A DNA stretch of 53,630 bases. Origin: Candidatus Omnitrophota bacterium. Lineage in GTDB: Bacteria; Omnitrophota; Gorgyraeia; Zapsychrales; Fredricksoniimonadaceae. This document shows, one piece after another, positions 9,380 to 18,613 of this stretch (position 1 is its first letter; each line of letters opens with the position of its first letter). Position numbers and translations under genes: made by a program. The DNA lies in contig JABDGZ010000007.1 in NCBI GenBank assembly GCA_013285735.1, positions 1 to 53,630 of the forward strand. The letters run 5' to 3'. The notes beneath the pieces were generated by a model. The model did not search any database. It was not told the DNA's origin and saw only the letters and a list, made by a program, of their open reading frames with translations.

Positions 9380-11008
9380 TCAAGAATTGCACATACCAAC
9401 GACAGCCCACGTTGAGAATAAAGCCATGCCCCACTGCCACACTTTTTGCCACTTGTGCAATTCAATTTCACCAAAGAACCTGTAACTGCCGTTACTAACA
9501 AGTTCCAATGTATATCTTCTAATAGGAACTATCGGAATAAATAAAAAAACCAAATACAATGTATCACCGTATATCCTTGAGCCGAATCCATTAGTGGTCG
9601 ATAAATTAGGGGCACTTTTTATAGGTTTTCCCTGTTTTTTAATTCTCTCTTCGAGGGAATCTTTAATCTCTTTCAATGTATTCTTAATTGACTCACTGGT
9701 ATCTTTATCGTCTAGATACTCATTCAACACAACCATAGCTTGATCTGAATTACCATTCTCAATTTCCCTCATTATTCTATTTACTATTACTTCTTGTTCC
9801 TTATCAGATGACTTATACAACAAATTCTTTTTAAAAACATCCCTATCTTTCTCAAATCCCTGTTTTATATATTCGGAAGAAGCTATAGCAAGGGCTTTAT
9901 TAATCAATAACAATGCATGAGCATCATCGTTGTTGGGAGCTTTATTCAAAGCGATAGAAAAATTTCTCATTGTTTGAGCTAATTGATCTTTTGCCAAAGA
10001 AGCCTCAGAAATTGAGTGATTATCTACTAAATTACATTCATACAAAGCGTCGGCAGTTTCTTTTAATAACTGATTCGATAAGGTATAAATTGCATTTGGA
10101 TACGGAGAAACATCATCTTTCCTAAGCAAATTAAGATACTTTTCAGCTGCCTCACGAATTTGATTATTGCGAACTTTCAGAATATCATTAAATCCTTCCC
10201 GTAAAACATCAATAGGGAAAGTCCTATTACTGATCAATGAAGAGTGAACCTTAACCCGTTTATAATCCTTTGAAATTAATGAACTCTTTATTAAAGAAAA
10301 GTTTATATTTAAGAAATCAGCGACAAATTTCTCATGCATAGACTCAACTTTCGCATTATTTAATCTCGCATCTGCAAGGTTACGAGCTCTTTCATGAACC
10401 GTTTTCCAGAAATCAGAGGATTGGTTAATCGACAACATTAAATCCATTGCAAAATCCCAATTTTTCCAATGATTATCGGACAACCTCTTGAATCCTTCTT
10501 TAGGCACTAAAATTAATTCGTCACCACATTTAACACAATACACGTAATTTTCGTTATGGTATTCTTGGTCACATGAAGAGCAGCGTATGACCTTTTCTGA
10601 CGTGCTATAAACAATGGTTGCTTCAAGGCCAATCACTATGCTATGCACTAATATAAAGCGATTGTGCTTCGCTGAAATATCATCCGCCTTCCAAAGATTA
10701 TTGGCCCCTTGTTTATCCCCTTTTGTCAATAAAGCCATTGCAGCCTTATCGTTATCTGTATTAAACCAAAACCAAGCAATTTCTTCTTGGAGCCTTGAAA
10801 CTGGATTTTCTAATCGCTGAACGGCATTGTTAATATTCTCCTCACTGCGATCGACTGGCCCCATCCAGGGAAAGTCATAATCATAGGAAACATCCATTCC
10901 TACGGAACTTTTAACTTTGATTTCGTTTGCCCTAGAGAGAATGCCCTTGCCGTCTGTATTGGGCATAAGACCAAGAACACGAAATGCGTTATTTTGATAT
11001 TTATTCAT
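9380..11008 (-). CDS. Degenerate J-domain, Zn-ribbon, helical-repeat membrane protein
   Basis: N-terminal NAFRVLGL...INNAVQRLENPVSR resembles J-domain helices but lacks HPD. Internal CSSC...CVKC. C-terminal NGFGSRIYG...FLFIPIVPIRRY and a TM segment. Confidence 0.6.
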   Translation of the reverse strand: MNKYQNNAFRVLGLMPNTDGKGILSRANEIKVKSSVGMDVSYDYDFPWMGPVDRSEENINNAVQRLENPVSRLQEEIAWFWFNTDNDKAAMALLTKGDKQGANNLWKADDISAKHNRFILVHSIVIGLEATIVYSTSEKVIRCSSCDQEYHNENYVYCVKCGDELILVPKEGFKRLSDNHWKNWDFAMDLMLSINQSSDFWKTVHERARNLADARLNNAKVESMHEKFVADFLNINFSLIKSSLISKDYKRVKVHSSLISNRTFPIDVLREGFNDILKVRNNQIREAAEKYLNLLRKDDVSPYPNAIYTLSNQLLKETADALYECNLVDNHSISEASLAKDQLAQTMRNFSIALNKAPNNDDAHALLLINKALAIASSEYIKQGFEKDRDVFKKNLLYKSSDKEQEVIVNRIMREIENGNSDQAMVVLNEYLDDKDTSESIKNTLKEIKDSLEERIKKQGKPIKSAPNLSTTNGFGSRIYGDTLYLVFLFIPIVPIRRYTLELVSNGSYRFFGEIELHKWQKVWQWGMALFSTWAVVGMCNS

Positions 11009-11055
11009 TCTTAAACACCCTACTTACAAGCTCGTCATTATTTCTTATGTCCCAC

Positions 11056-11268
11056 TCAGTTATTCTTGAAGTTTTCTATATCCTTCTTGATTAACTCGTT
11101 GTGCTCTTCGATTATTTTCTTTAGTTCTGTGACATCACAACTATTTTTCTCGACAGTATATAAAACTAAAAGGAAAATACCAATAACCACAAACTGAATA
11201 TAATAATGATGAATCAAGAAACTTAATCCCAATGACACAACTCCGCCGATTAAATAGAAATATTTCAT
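11056..11268 (-). CDS. Small membrane protein (2 TM + coiled tail)
   Basis: Two hydrophobic stretches. ATGA overlap with the upstream HTH gene. Confidence 0.6.
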   Translation of the reverse strand: MKYFYLIGGVVSLGLSFLIHHYYIQFVVIGIFLLVLYTVEKNSCDVTELKKIIEEHNELIKKDIENFKNN

Positions 11269-11453
11269 CCTCTCCCAGCCTCCTTTAATTTACGATGAAT
11301 ATATCTTTTAACTTCGTCCATCGTAATTCTGTAACCACCCCGACGACCTTCTTTATAGGCTTTGATCTTCCTTTGACGAATAAGCTCCCTAACGTATTCT
11401 TCGCTTAGACGAAGCATACCGGCGACCTCTTTAGTAAGTAATACCTTTTCCAT
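11265..11453 (-). CDS. Excisionase-like HTH_17 DNA-binding protein
   Basis: LLTKEVAGMLRLSEEYVRELIRQRKIKAYK..GGYRI. AAGGAG RBS. Confidence 0.85.
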   Translation of the reverse strand: MEKVLLTKEVAGMLRLSEEYVRELIRQRKIKAYKEGRRGGYRITMDEVKRYIHRKLKEAGRG

Positions 11454-11567
11454 AGCAACTCCTTCTTTATTTAAAATGGATCAAGGCATTTTAATACAAT
11501 CTAATACAATAAACAATAAATTAAAATCGGCTTAGGCATTTTAAATATTAACATATACATGACTTAG

Positions 11568-11602
11568 ATGCTACCTTTAGGTAGTCGACTGATAAGTAGC
11601 AC
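11568..11602. promoter_or_regulatory. C-box-like 35-bp operator
   Basis: ATGCTACCTTTAGGTAGTCGACTGATAAGTAGCAC has TGCTAC/GTAGCA outer symmetry and sits just upstream of a C-protein-like gene. Confidence 0.55.
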
Positions 11603-11636
11603 CCTCCTACAATAAATGCTATTCAGGAGGTGTTAC

Positions 11637-11846
11637 TTGGCTGAAATTAGTAAAGAGGTTGGGAAACGAGTCCGGCTTTATCGTCAAAAACGGGGCTGGA
11701 CACAGGAACAACTTGCCTTTGAAGCTGATTTGCATCGAGCTTATGTGGGGCAAATTGAACGTGGCGAAAAAGCCATTGGTATCGAAAATTTACAAAAAAT
11801 TGCTAAGACATTAAATGTAAAAATGTCAAAATTGCTCGGCGAATAG
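11637..11846 (+). CDS. XRE HTH regulator, restriction-modification controller (C protein)-like
   Basis: VGKRVRLYRQKRGWTQEQLAFEADLHRAYVGQIERGEK..GIENL.KIA..L. Likely TTG start at 11637 after AGGAGG. Confidence 0.88.
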   Translation: MAEISKEVGKRVRLYRQKRGWTQEQLAFEADLHRAYVGQIERGEKAIGIENLQKIAKTLNVKMSKLLGE

Positions 11847-11853
11847 ACTCTTC

Positions 11854-13197
11854 TCAAACAAAATTGTATTTATAACCACAAACAGCACATTCCATTTTTG
11901 GACTCTTCAGACCTACTTTTTTAATAGTCATCGAGGTTATGGATTCTCTAAAATCCATTTCCCCTCCTTGATCCAAGAAAGGTTGAACCAAATGTCTGAT
12001 GAACAAAGCAGCAAAACTGGCGGCTCGCATATTCAATTCCATAACAGCAGGCTGCTTAATATCAATATCCTGACAATACCCTAAACCAATATGCCTCCTT
12101 CTTTCCTGTAGCTGAAGACCTTCCAATCTTATTCTTTCATGGTCAATTAACCCCCTACAATTTAAACACGGTCCTCCTGGATAAACATAGGTTACACGGG
12201 CGTCTAAAGATTGTAGTTTTTCCCCGGCGATTCCAATTTCGCTACCTAAATCAACATAAGGCATAAAATATTTCACGGCAAAATCATTTAAAACATACCT
12301 TGGATAATCTTTATCGATACACCCAATCAATAAATCAATTCCACTTAATTTATGAAGGACTGAGGGATTGGTCACATTCCCGTCGATGATCTCTAACTTA
12401 TTTTCCAAAACGCATTGATCATTGGCCCTCAAAGCCACCGACACTTTTTTATTTTTCTCTTCGACATCAGTTGATGAGGCAAACAAAAGTCTATTGAGAT
12501 TTGTATCCTCTACAATATCATCGTCGATCAATAATAGGTTTCCACAACCTGCTCTCCTCAACAGTTCAACCATCAGGCAACCCGTACCTCCGGCACCGAT
12601 AATTGCGATCTTCATGTCTTTTAAAATCTGAAGTGCTCCCGCTGATGTCACCTCTTTCGCACGATCAAAAATATGTGAAGGCATTGGCGGTTGGACACGA
12701 TTCCCAAACAATGAAATGACCTTTATGGTTCGCCCTATGACGTATAATTTCATCAAATCCTGGGCCCGTTCACCTTGCAAATAAACCCTTCCTTTATAGG
12801 CGTTTTTACCAACGACGATGCTAATGTGTTCTGAACCTGGCCAGATCTCCCGAAGGTTCTTTATTAATAGGGGTTCTTGAGTATCATCAAACCAAGAGAA
12901 AGACACCTGGTCGTTGGCCAAAGGGTGTGTATGGAAGAATACCAGCCCGCTCTTGCCTTGTCGCTGCGCCCAGAGCTGTGCCCGTCTGATATAAGGGGAC
13001 GAAAATATAAGCCCTCCTTCTGATTGATCCAAGTCTTTTTGTGTTGGTAGGAAAATTTCCCGTATAAGGAAGACTTCATCTCCCAATTTTTCTACAACAC
13101 CAATTATTCCCCACTCTAAAGTCCTATTTTGGTTAAAAGACCGATTTAAAATCTGATCAATCTGTGTCCAAATAATTTCACTTGTTCTGATTATCAT
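11854..13197 (-). CDS. JAB peptidase-ThiF/E1 fusion (BubCD-like)
   Basis: N-terminal EWG...FHTHP...FSWFDD (JAMM motif). C-terminal IIGAGGTG, IDDDIVEDTNLNR, and Zn pairs CLNC/CAVC. Confidence 0.9.
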   Translation of the reverse strand: MIIRTSEIIWTQIDQILNRSFNQNRTLEWGIIGVVEKLGDEVFLIREIFLPTQKDLDQSEGGLIFSSPYIRRAQLWAQRQGKSGLVFFHTHPLANDQVSFSWFDDTQEPLLIKNLREIWPGSEHISIVVGKNAYKGRVYLQGERAQDLMKLYVIGRTIKVISLFGNRVQPPMPSHIFDRAKEVTSAGALQILKDMKIAIIGAGGTGCLMVELLRRAGCGNLLLIDDDIVEDTNLNRLLFASSTDVEEKNKKVSVALRANDQCVLENKLEIIDGNVTNPSVLHKLSGIDLLIGCIDKDYPRYVLNDFAVKYFMPYVDLGSEIGIAGEKLQSLDARVTYVYPGGPCLNCRGLIDHERIRLEGLQLQERRRHIGLGYCQDIDIKQPAVMELNMRAASFAALFIRHLVQPFLDQGGEMDFRESITSMTIKKVGLKSPKMECAVCGYKYNFV

Positions 13198-13206
13198 ATA
13201 TATTCC

Positions 13207-13596
13207 TTAATTTGACCTTGAACCCTTTCTTAAGAAGTCTTGACAATGATAGATGTGCGTTAAAAACGTGTCTGAGAAAGACCAAGGTTTATTATAATGC
13301 CATGAAACTACCCCCCAGGACTTTCCCAATATGTTGGGCGCTGGCTGTACCCTCGGATGCTTCTGACCGTTATGTAACATCAGGGCACTATCTATATAAA
13401 AAGCATCCAATCCTCCCACGGGATAGGTATTAGGAACCGAAATCAGCATATCGACGGTAGCAATGGTCCAATCCTTATTTAATGTGGGCACACCATTAAC
13501 CAACATATATAATTGACCATTCTCCATACGGTCGCAGGCATTAAATCCACCTGCGACCGCCTCTGATAATTGTTTTAACATAAGCGTTTGTTCCAT
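13207..13596 (-). CDS. Prokaryotic E2/UBC-fold protein (Prok-E2_E / BubB-like)
   Basis: VP.TYP...LDAFY...HPR...W..VSWH...W...DTFLTHI. Lies between the Ubl and E1 genes. Confidence 0.82.
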   Translation of the reverse strand: MEQTLMLKQLSEAVAGGFNACDRMENGQLYMLVNGVPTLNKDWTIATVDMLISVPNTYPVGGLDAFYIDSALMLHNGQKHPRVQPAPNILGKSWGVVSWHYNKPWSFSDTFLTHIYHCQDFLRKGSRSN

Positions 13597-14195
13597 TATC
13601 TGCCTCCGTATTTTCCATCTTTTAGAGCGACGAAACGCTCACCTCGATGAAGCTTTACCAAGGTGTCAATAGGCAATGGCTCGCTGCCATCCAAATGGTA
13701 TAATGAATACTGACCGTCATCCAAATCAAATAATTGCAGTATTGCACGGGGTGTCATTTCTTCTTTGGGGGCGATTTTCCAATTAGCATTGACCTGAATG
13801 CTGAGAGATAATTTCAAACTGAGCTTTAGCCTGGCGTGATGTTGGGTTATTACTTCCCATATCGGGGCAGCTAAGTCCGTTATTGGCCCCATTATGTTAT
13901 TATGACGGTCATAATAGAACAACTGGTCTAATGGTTGTTCGGGTTCGGGCGGTAAAAGCTTTTGATGAAATTCTTTGGCGATAATGTGCATGACTTCTTT
14001 TACAGAATCAGATAATTTAATCTCTATAACCTTAAACTCATCATTGGAGAGGATGCTGACTTTGAATGGTATCTTTAGCCCAAGGATTTCTTGTTCAGAA
14101 ATCTTCAGTATTTCCTCCGGCAACCCTTCTTCCATGTCCAAAGACTCGATGATTTTCCCGATACCACGAAATTCCTGCTCAATAACTTTTTCCAT
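13596..14195 (-). CDS. Ubiquitin-like (multi-ubiquitin / BubA-like) protein
   Basis: C-terminal beta-grasp pattern IQVN...MTPRAILQL....YSLY...VKLHRGERF ending in GKYGGR. A second beta-grasp domain is possible upstream. AGGAGG RBS. Confidence 0.78.
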   Translation of the reverse strand: MEKVIEQEFRGIGKIIESLDMEEGLPEEILKISEQEILGLKIPFKVSILSNDEFKVIEIKLSDSVKEVMHIIAKEFHQKLLPPEPEQPLDQLFYYDRHNNIMGPITDLAAPIWEVITQHHARLKLSLKLSLSIQVNANWKIAPKEEMTPRAILQLFDLDDGQYSLYHLDGSEPLPIDTLVKLHRGERFVALKDGKYGGR

Positions 14196-14253
14196 TTGTT
14201 ACCTCCTATTTTTTAATCTGTCGCATGAGAAGCCTTTCTTCCCAATTAACTGC

Positions 14254-14327
14254 ATAATACATAATGCTGCTAATTATGTCAAGCAATAAATAGCAGCTTG
14301 ACTTATCAAGCACTAAAATGCTATACT
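14254..14327. promoter_or_regulatory. Back-to-back divergent sigma70 promoters
   Basis: Minus strand: TTGACA (14282-14277), 17 bp, TATTAT. Plus strand: TTGACT (14298), 18 bp, TATACT (14322). Overlaid by GCTGCTA/TAGCAGC and GTCAAGC/GCTTGAC inverted repeats. Confidence 0.65.
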
Positions 14328-14357
14328 ATTTCCATAAATTCTAAGAAAGGAGGCCTT

Positions 14358-14735
14358 ATGAATACACCAGAATCTACTGTGGGCTTAAAATTAAAAGAGC
14401 TGCGACTACTTAAAGAGTGGAGTTTGAGAGATGTAGAGAAAGCCACTCAAAATATGGTATCCAATGCTTATTTAAGCCAGATTGAATCGGGCAAGATAAA
14501 ACAACCTTCCCCTCATATTTTAAACCATTTAGCTGAAGTTTATGAAGTGGATTACAAAGACCTTTTAACCACAGCCGGATACATTAAACCAGCAATTGGA
14601 GAAAAAAAAGGCAAAGGACATGGCATCGCTTTTTTTAATCAACAAGATGTCACTGAAGAAGAAAAAAGGGAACTATTAGATTACCTTCAATTTATCCGTG
14701 CTAAAAAGGGTAAATACAAACATGAAAAAGAATGA
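14358..14735 (+). CDS. XRE HTH repressor (CapH/ImmR-like)
   Basis: LKELRLLKEWSLRDVEKAT..VSNAYLSQIESGKIKQPS..L..LA.VY. ATG at 14358 after AGGAGG. C-terminal LLDYLQFIR. Confidence 0.88.
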   Translation: MNTPESTVGLKLKELRLLKEWSLRDVEKATQNMVSNAYLSQIESGKIKQPSPHILNHLAEVYEVDYKDLLTTAGYIKPAIGEKKGKGHGIAFFNQQDVTEEEKRELLDYLQFIRAKKGKYKHEKE

Positions 14736-15630
14736 TTGCTTCCTTGAACCCATTGAGTTGGAAAATGTTCGTGCTTATGCACAGGTTTTATTAAATAAAG
14801 CCGATGCTATGCGACAATTTCCAACTCCTGTGGAAAGAATTTTGGAGACTGCGGATTTATTTGTAAATCAGGAAATTTCATTGGAACATGCGCCTGGATT
14901 GCTTGAAAAATTTGGATCAGAACTACGAAAGAAAGCCAGGCTGCCTGTATCAAACATAAAAAAATTGTTTGGTCTTTTGCACGTACCTTCCGGCGAGATT
15001 ATTCTGAACCACTCTCTGCATAAAAACAAGAAAACCTTTGTCAAATTACATGAGGCTGGCCATAGTTTTATTCCTCATCATAAGAAATTTTTTGAAGTCA
15101 TGGAAGATGGTGAGGTTGAATTGGACCCGTATATTGATGACCTTCTCGAACGTGAAGCCAATAATTTTGCGTCGGAGGTCTTATTTCAACTGGATGAATA
15201 TGCAAAAATTGCAGCGGATTATGAGATATCAATCAAGACGCCAATGGATCTTTCCAAAAAATTTGGAAGCTCTGTTTATGCAAGTATGCGGAGATATGTC
15301 CAGACCCACTTCTCCCATATTGCACTTGCAGTATACGAAATCGATCCATTGGTTCAAAATGGTTTTATTTTAAGAAGAGAGCCCTTTCATTCCGAGTCAT
15401 TCTTAAAACAATTTGGTGTACTTAATCTTCCTGTTTCTTGCTCCAGCGATGAACCTCTGGGACGGCTGCTTGGATTCACAAAGCTTGATATCACCCGCAG
15501 AATGTTCATTAAGGACAGACGGGACGAGAGTTACGAATGCGCCCTTCATATTTTTAATAATTCCTATCAAATATTCGTCCTCTTAATACCCTCAAAGAAA
15601 TCAAGAATCTTTATCCAAGAAATCTTATAA
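14722..15630 (+). CDS. ImmA/IrrE family metallopeptidase (CapP-like)
   Basis: FVKLHEAGH (HExxH), LEREANNFASEVLF, and LSKKFGSSVYASMRRYV. Overlaps the repressor gene. Confidence 0.88.
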   Translation: MKKNDCFLEPIELENVRAYAQVLLNKADAMRQFPTPVERILETADLFVNQEISLEHAPGLLEKFGSELRKKARLPVSNIKKLFGLLHVPSGEIILNHSLHKNKKTFVKLHEAGHSFIPHHKKFFEVMEDGEVELDPYIDDLLEREANNFASEVLFQLDEYAKIAADYEISIKTPMDLSKKFGSSVYASMRRYVQTHFSHIALAVYEIDPLVQNGFILRREPFHSESFLKQFGVLNLPVSCSSDEPLGRLLGFTKLDITRRMFIKDRRDESYECALHIFNNSYQIFVLLIPSKKSRIFIQEIL

Positions 15631-15659
15631 AAAAAGGCAGCTATAATTAAGCTGCCTTT
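15629..15659. terminator. Intrinsic terminator between convergent genes
   Basis: AAAGGCAGCT-ATAATTA-AGCTGCCTTT with an upstream A-run (U-tract on the minus strand). Confidence 0.7.
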
Positions 15660-15686
15660 GTAAACATGCCGTCAAACATTTCTAGA

Positions 15687-15866
15687 TTAATCTAAATACT
15701 TCTTCCTGGATTCATCAATAGCCAAGGATTTGTTTCTGTCTATTTCCTTAAACCTGGCTTCTGTACTCTTCTCAAGCTCTAATCTTGTTTTTTGCACGTC
15801 GTCGGATGAATTGAATATTGATTTTGTCTTCAGGAAGGGATTTTTTTCAATTCCTAAGATAGGCAT
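15687..15866 (-). CDS. 59-aa small protein coupled to upstream papain-fold gene
   Basis: MPILGIEKNPFLKTKSIFNSSDDVQKTRLELEKSTEARFKEIDRNKSLAIDESRKKYLD. TAATG stop/start overlap, GAGGAG RBS, followed by a terminator. Confidence 0.7.
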   Translation of the reverse strand: MPILGIEKNPFLKTKSIFNSSDDVQKTRLELEKSTEARFKEIDRNKSLAIDESRKKYLD

Positions 15867-17353
15867 TACACTCTCCTCAGGTTACTTATAAATATACTAT
15901 ATTCGGTGATGTTTTCAAGCGCTATCTCGGAAACTTTAAACCTCGATGGCGCATCCCCAATTTCATTTCTGTCATTAACCAAAAAGAATCCTGGATAATG
16001 AATATACATAAAAGAAAACATGTCATGTTTGTTAGCCGTGGAGTCAAATATGATCTCTCCTATAACCTTGCCTTCCTTATATTTATCGACGGTGGATATT
16101 TCCACTACCCAAATAAATCTTGGCATAGGTTGTTCAATATAAAACTTCTCTAATCCGACATACATTGGATTTCTTCTTCGGAAATGTTTGTATTTCCTGG
16201 AAGATGTCAGGAACATACGCAGTATTATTTTGTCGTCCTTAAATTTCTTTGTGTGTTTCTTAAAACCCAGGTTTGGATCAGAAATAACTGAAAGCGCCAA
16301 AGTCTCCATCTCTTCTGCCGACAAATAAATCTTTTCATTAAGTGGAGCTATAAATGAATCCACTTCGGAATGGCTGTATTCGGAGACCTTATCCCCAGCG
16401 ATCTTTTTCTTCAACAAATATCTGTAGGGTAAATAATTATCATCATTGACAATAAAGCCGTTAATCAAATCTGCGGAATTATAATATTTAAAGCCCTTGT
16501 GGTCATACTCTACCAATGACTGAAAATTTAGTTCAGTGCAATGCCCAAAAACGGCCAAAGCGTGCCTATTGTCTACACTTGCAATGATAGGAATACCCGA
16601 TTCAATATAGTAATACAATATTTTGTCAAAATTTGCCTTGGAGTAATTTTTTATGTACAAATCGGGGTGCATTCCGTAATTAGCAATTATTTCGGATATT
16701 TGTGACATCGTTAGCCCCTTGGAGGGCAATAGTCTTCCTAAGGACACATCTTTTGTTAACTGAGCAATCTCAAAAGGCTTTATTTCAGGATAATAATTAT
16801 ACTTCTGTGAAAAATATCTTAAAATCATCCAAATGGCTGCATGAGCACAGACGGTTACGTCAGTATCCTGCCCTATAAATGGGAATGCCTGAACTTGAAG
16901 AGTAGACCCCAATAAATTTACTTCATTACTGCAAGTAAAAAGAGTAGCGTCTTTAACACCAACCAAGGAAGGGTCCAACATGGTCCTTCCAATTGAAAAC
17001 CTGTCCAAGGGTCTTAAAACAATATAACCGATATAATTATCTTTATACTTATCGTCAAGAGCCCAAATATTCTCAAGATCCATTTCTACATTAAAAAAAT
17101 GAGCCCTGGAACATTTTCGATTATATTCTGTGAATTTCTTTGAATAAAAATTATGGTAGGAATTTTTATAATCCTTACATTCATATTTATATTCGACGAT
17201 GACACTCTTAACCACCGGTTTCAAATACTCCCGGATTTTCTTCAAATAGGCTTTACTGATGTCAAAACCTAAATTATTTCCGAAATTTATCCAATCGTCA
17301 TCCGACGAAAGGTTCAGAATAAAGAAATTGTCGCTTTTGTCTAATTCACTCAT
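15866..17353 (-). CDS. Papain-fold (C39-like) cysteine peptidase/transferase, uncharacterised family, copy 1
   Basis: QD....CAHAA (Gln/Cys), YIESGIPII....HALAVFGH (His), IVNDDNYLPY (Asp). Confidence 0.65.
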   Translation of the reverse strand: MSELDKSDNFFILNLSSDDDWINFGNNLGFDISKAYLKKIREYLKPVVKSVIVEYKYECKDYKNSYHNFYSKKFTEYNRKCSRAHFFNVEMDLENIWALDDKYKDNYIGYIVLRPLDRFSIGRTMLDPSLVGVKDATLFTCSNEVNLLGSTLQVQAFPFIGQDTDVTVCAHAAIWMILRYFSQKYNYYPEIKPFEIAQLTKDVSLGRLLPSKGLTMSQISEIIANYGMHPDLYIKNYSKANFDKILYYYIESGIPIIASVDNRHALAVFGHCTELNFQSLVEYDHKGFKYYNSADLINGFIVNDDNYLPYRYLLKKKIAGDKVSEYSHSEVDSFIAPLNEKIYLSAEEMETLALSVISDPNLGFKKHTKKFKDDKIILRMFLTSSRKYKHFRRRNPMYVGLEKFYIEQPMPRFIWVVEISTVDKYKEGKVIGEIIFDSTANKHDMFSFMYIHYPGFFLVNDRNEIGDAPSRFKVSEIALENITEYSIFISNLRRV

Positions 17354-17420
17354 AATGGCACATCTCGTGAAGGGGATATTTTGTAATTCTTACGGTAGGG
17401 CTCATTATATTCCTGCTTCC

Positions 17421-18573
17421 TCAAAAATCAAGCTCTGCTTTTCCAGGTCCAATTAATTTCTCTGATTTCAGCATTTGTACCAAATCTTCTTCTTGGTCAA
17501 TACCCTTTAGCCGTCCCCAAAGGTATCCAAGTCTGTAAGATATTCCTTCACTCATAAGACGCCAGTTGGTATCTTTCAATGCCTTCTTTAGAAACCTTTG
17601 TAACTTATGCACACTGTCCCATTCCTTCCGTGCGGCATCGGCATCCTGAACGCTAAATGGAATTATGAAATCCCTGCCTACCACTGGCTTATCAAATGTC
17701 AGCTTGATGTATTTTTTCTTTTTCCGTTATTTCATGGATGAGCTTTTCCAGTTCGACAACACTCAGCTTTTTTAATTTCGCTGCCTCTTTATAAACAGGG
17801 TCGGAAGTTTTCTTTTCCATCTCATTTAACAGCTCTGTGAGAGATTCTAGCCTTCTAATGCCCTCCAAGTATTCCTCTCCTTCTTTATCAGATAAACAAA
17901 ATTCTGCCCTGTGTTTTATCAGTAGATCCTGCTCCCGTTTTTGTTGTTCTTTGCGTTCTGCTTCTCTCTGTTTCAGATCCTCTTTCTCGGCTTCCTTAAA
18001 ACCACAAGATGAGCAATGTTTTGTCCATGTGGCAATATTTCTTTTTTCAGAATACCCCACTTTTACTTCTTTATTACATTTGGGGCAGCGTTCTCGTTCA
18101 TAAATCCAAGGTTTTCCATCTTCCCACAAAGACTCTCGTTTTTCACATGAGGGACACTCAAACATAAATAAGATCCGTAATGGGTCCTCCGTGCCAAGAA
18201 ATTGCTTTAAAATACTATTCATTTTTGTTGAACAAATTGGACAGTAAATCCCAGCGGGTTCTTTGGTATTTTCCAATTTATCATCCAGCTTCCGGTCTTT
18301 TTCCATCCATTTATTTATGGTTGAAGTCCTGTCCTTATATTGATCTCCTTTTATAAAATATAATTCCTGGAATGCGGCGAGAGAGAGTGCCCTAGCTTTC
18401 TCCTCATCAGTCATATTTTCAACTTTCATCTCACTAAACCGCTCCTCTCTTAATTTGCGCCATCGTTCAATCGACCTCAGACACCTTTCTACGGTCCAAA
18501 GGTCATAGCGGTCATCGTAATAGGACTTTTCTTTAAGGTACTGGTAGATAGTGGTCATAGCCCATTCCCCCAA
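17421..18573 (-). pseudogene. Zn-finger hypothetical protein split by a 1-nt frameshift
   Basis: ORFs 17692-18573 (CPIC, CPSC, CPKC, CSSC) and 17421-17684 join as ...EKEKYIKLTFDKPVVGRDFIIPFSVQD if one base is removed from the T6 at 17712-17717. Confidence 0.7.
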
Positions 18574-18582
18574 TGAATAAGA

Positions 18583-18613
18583 AAGGGCCCTCTGTCATCA
18601 GAGAGCCCTTTTT
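18583..18613. terminator. Hairpin/terminator
   Basis: AAGGGCCCTCTG-TCAT-CAGAGAGCCCTT followed by a T-run. Confidence 0.55.

Noticed and set aside
11854-14195. CBASS (Cap2/Cap3) or thiamine/molybdopterin biosynthesis
   Set aside because: No CD-NTase or thi/moa genes are present, and the Ubl-E2-JAB/E1 order fits a Bub-like operon.
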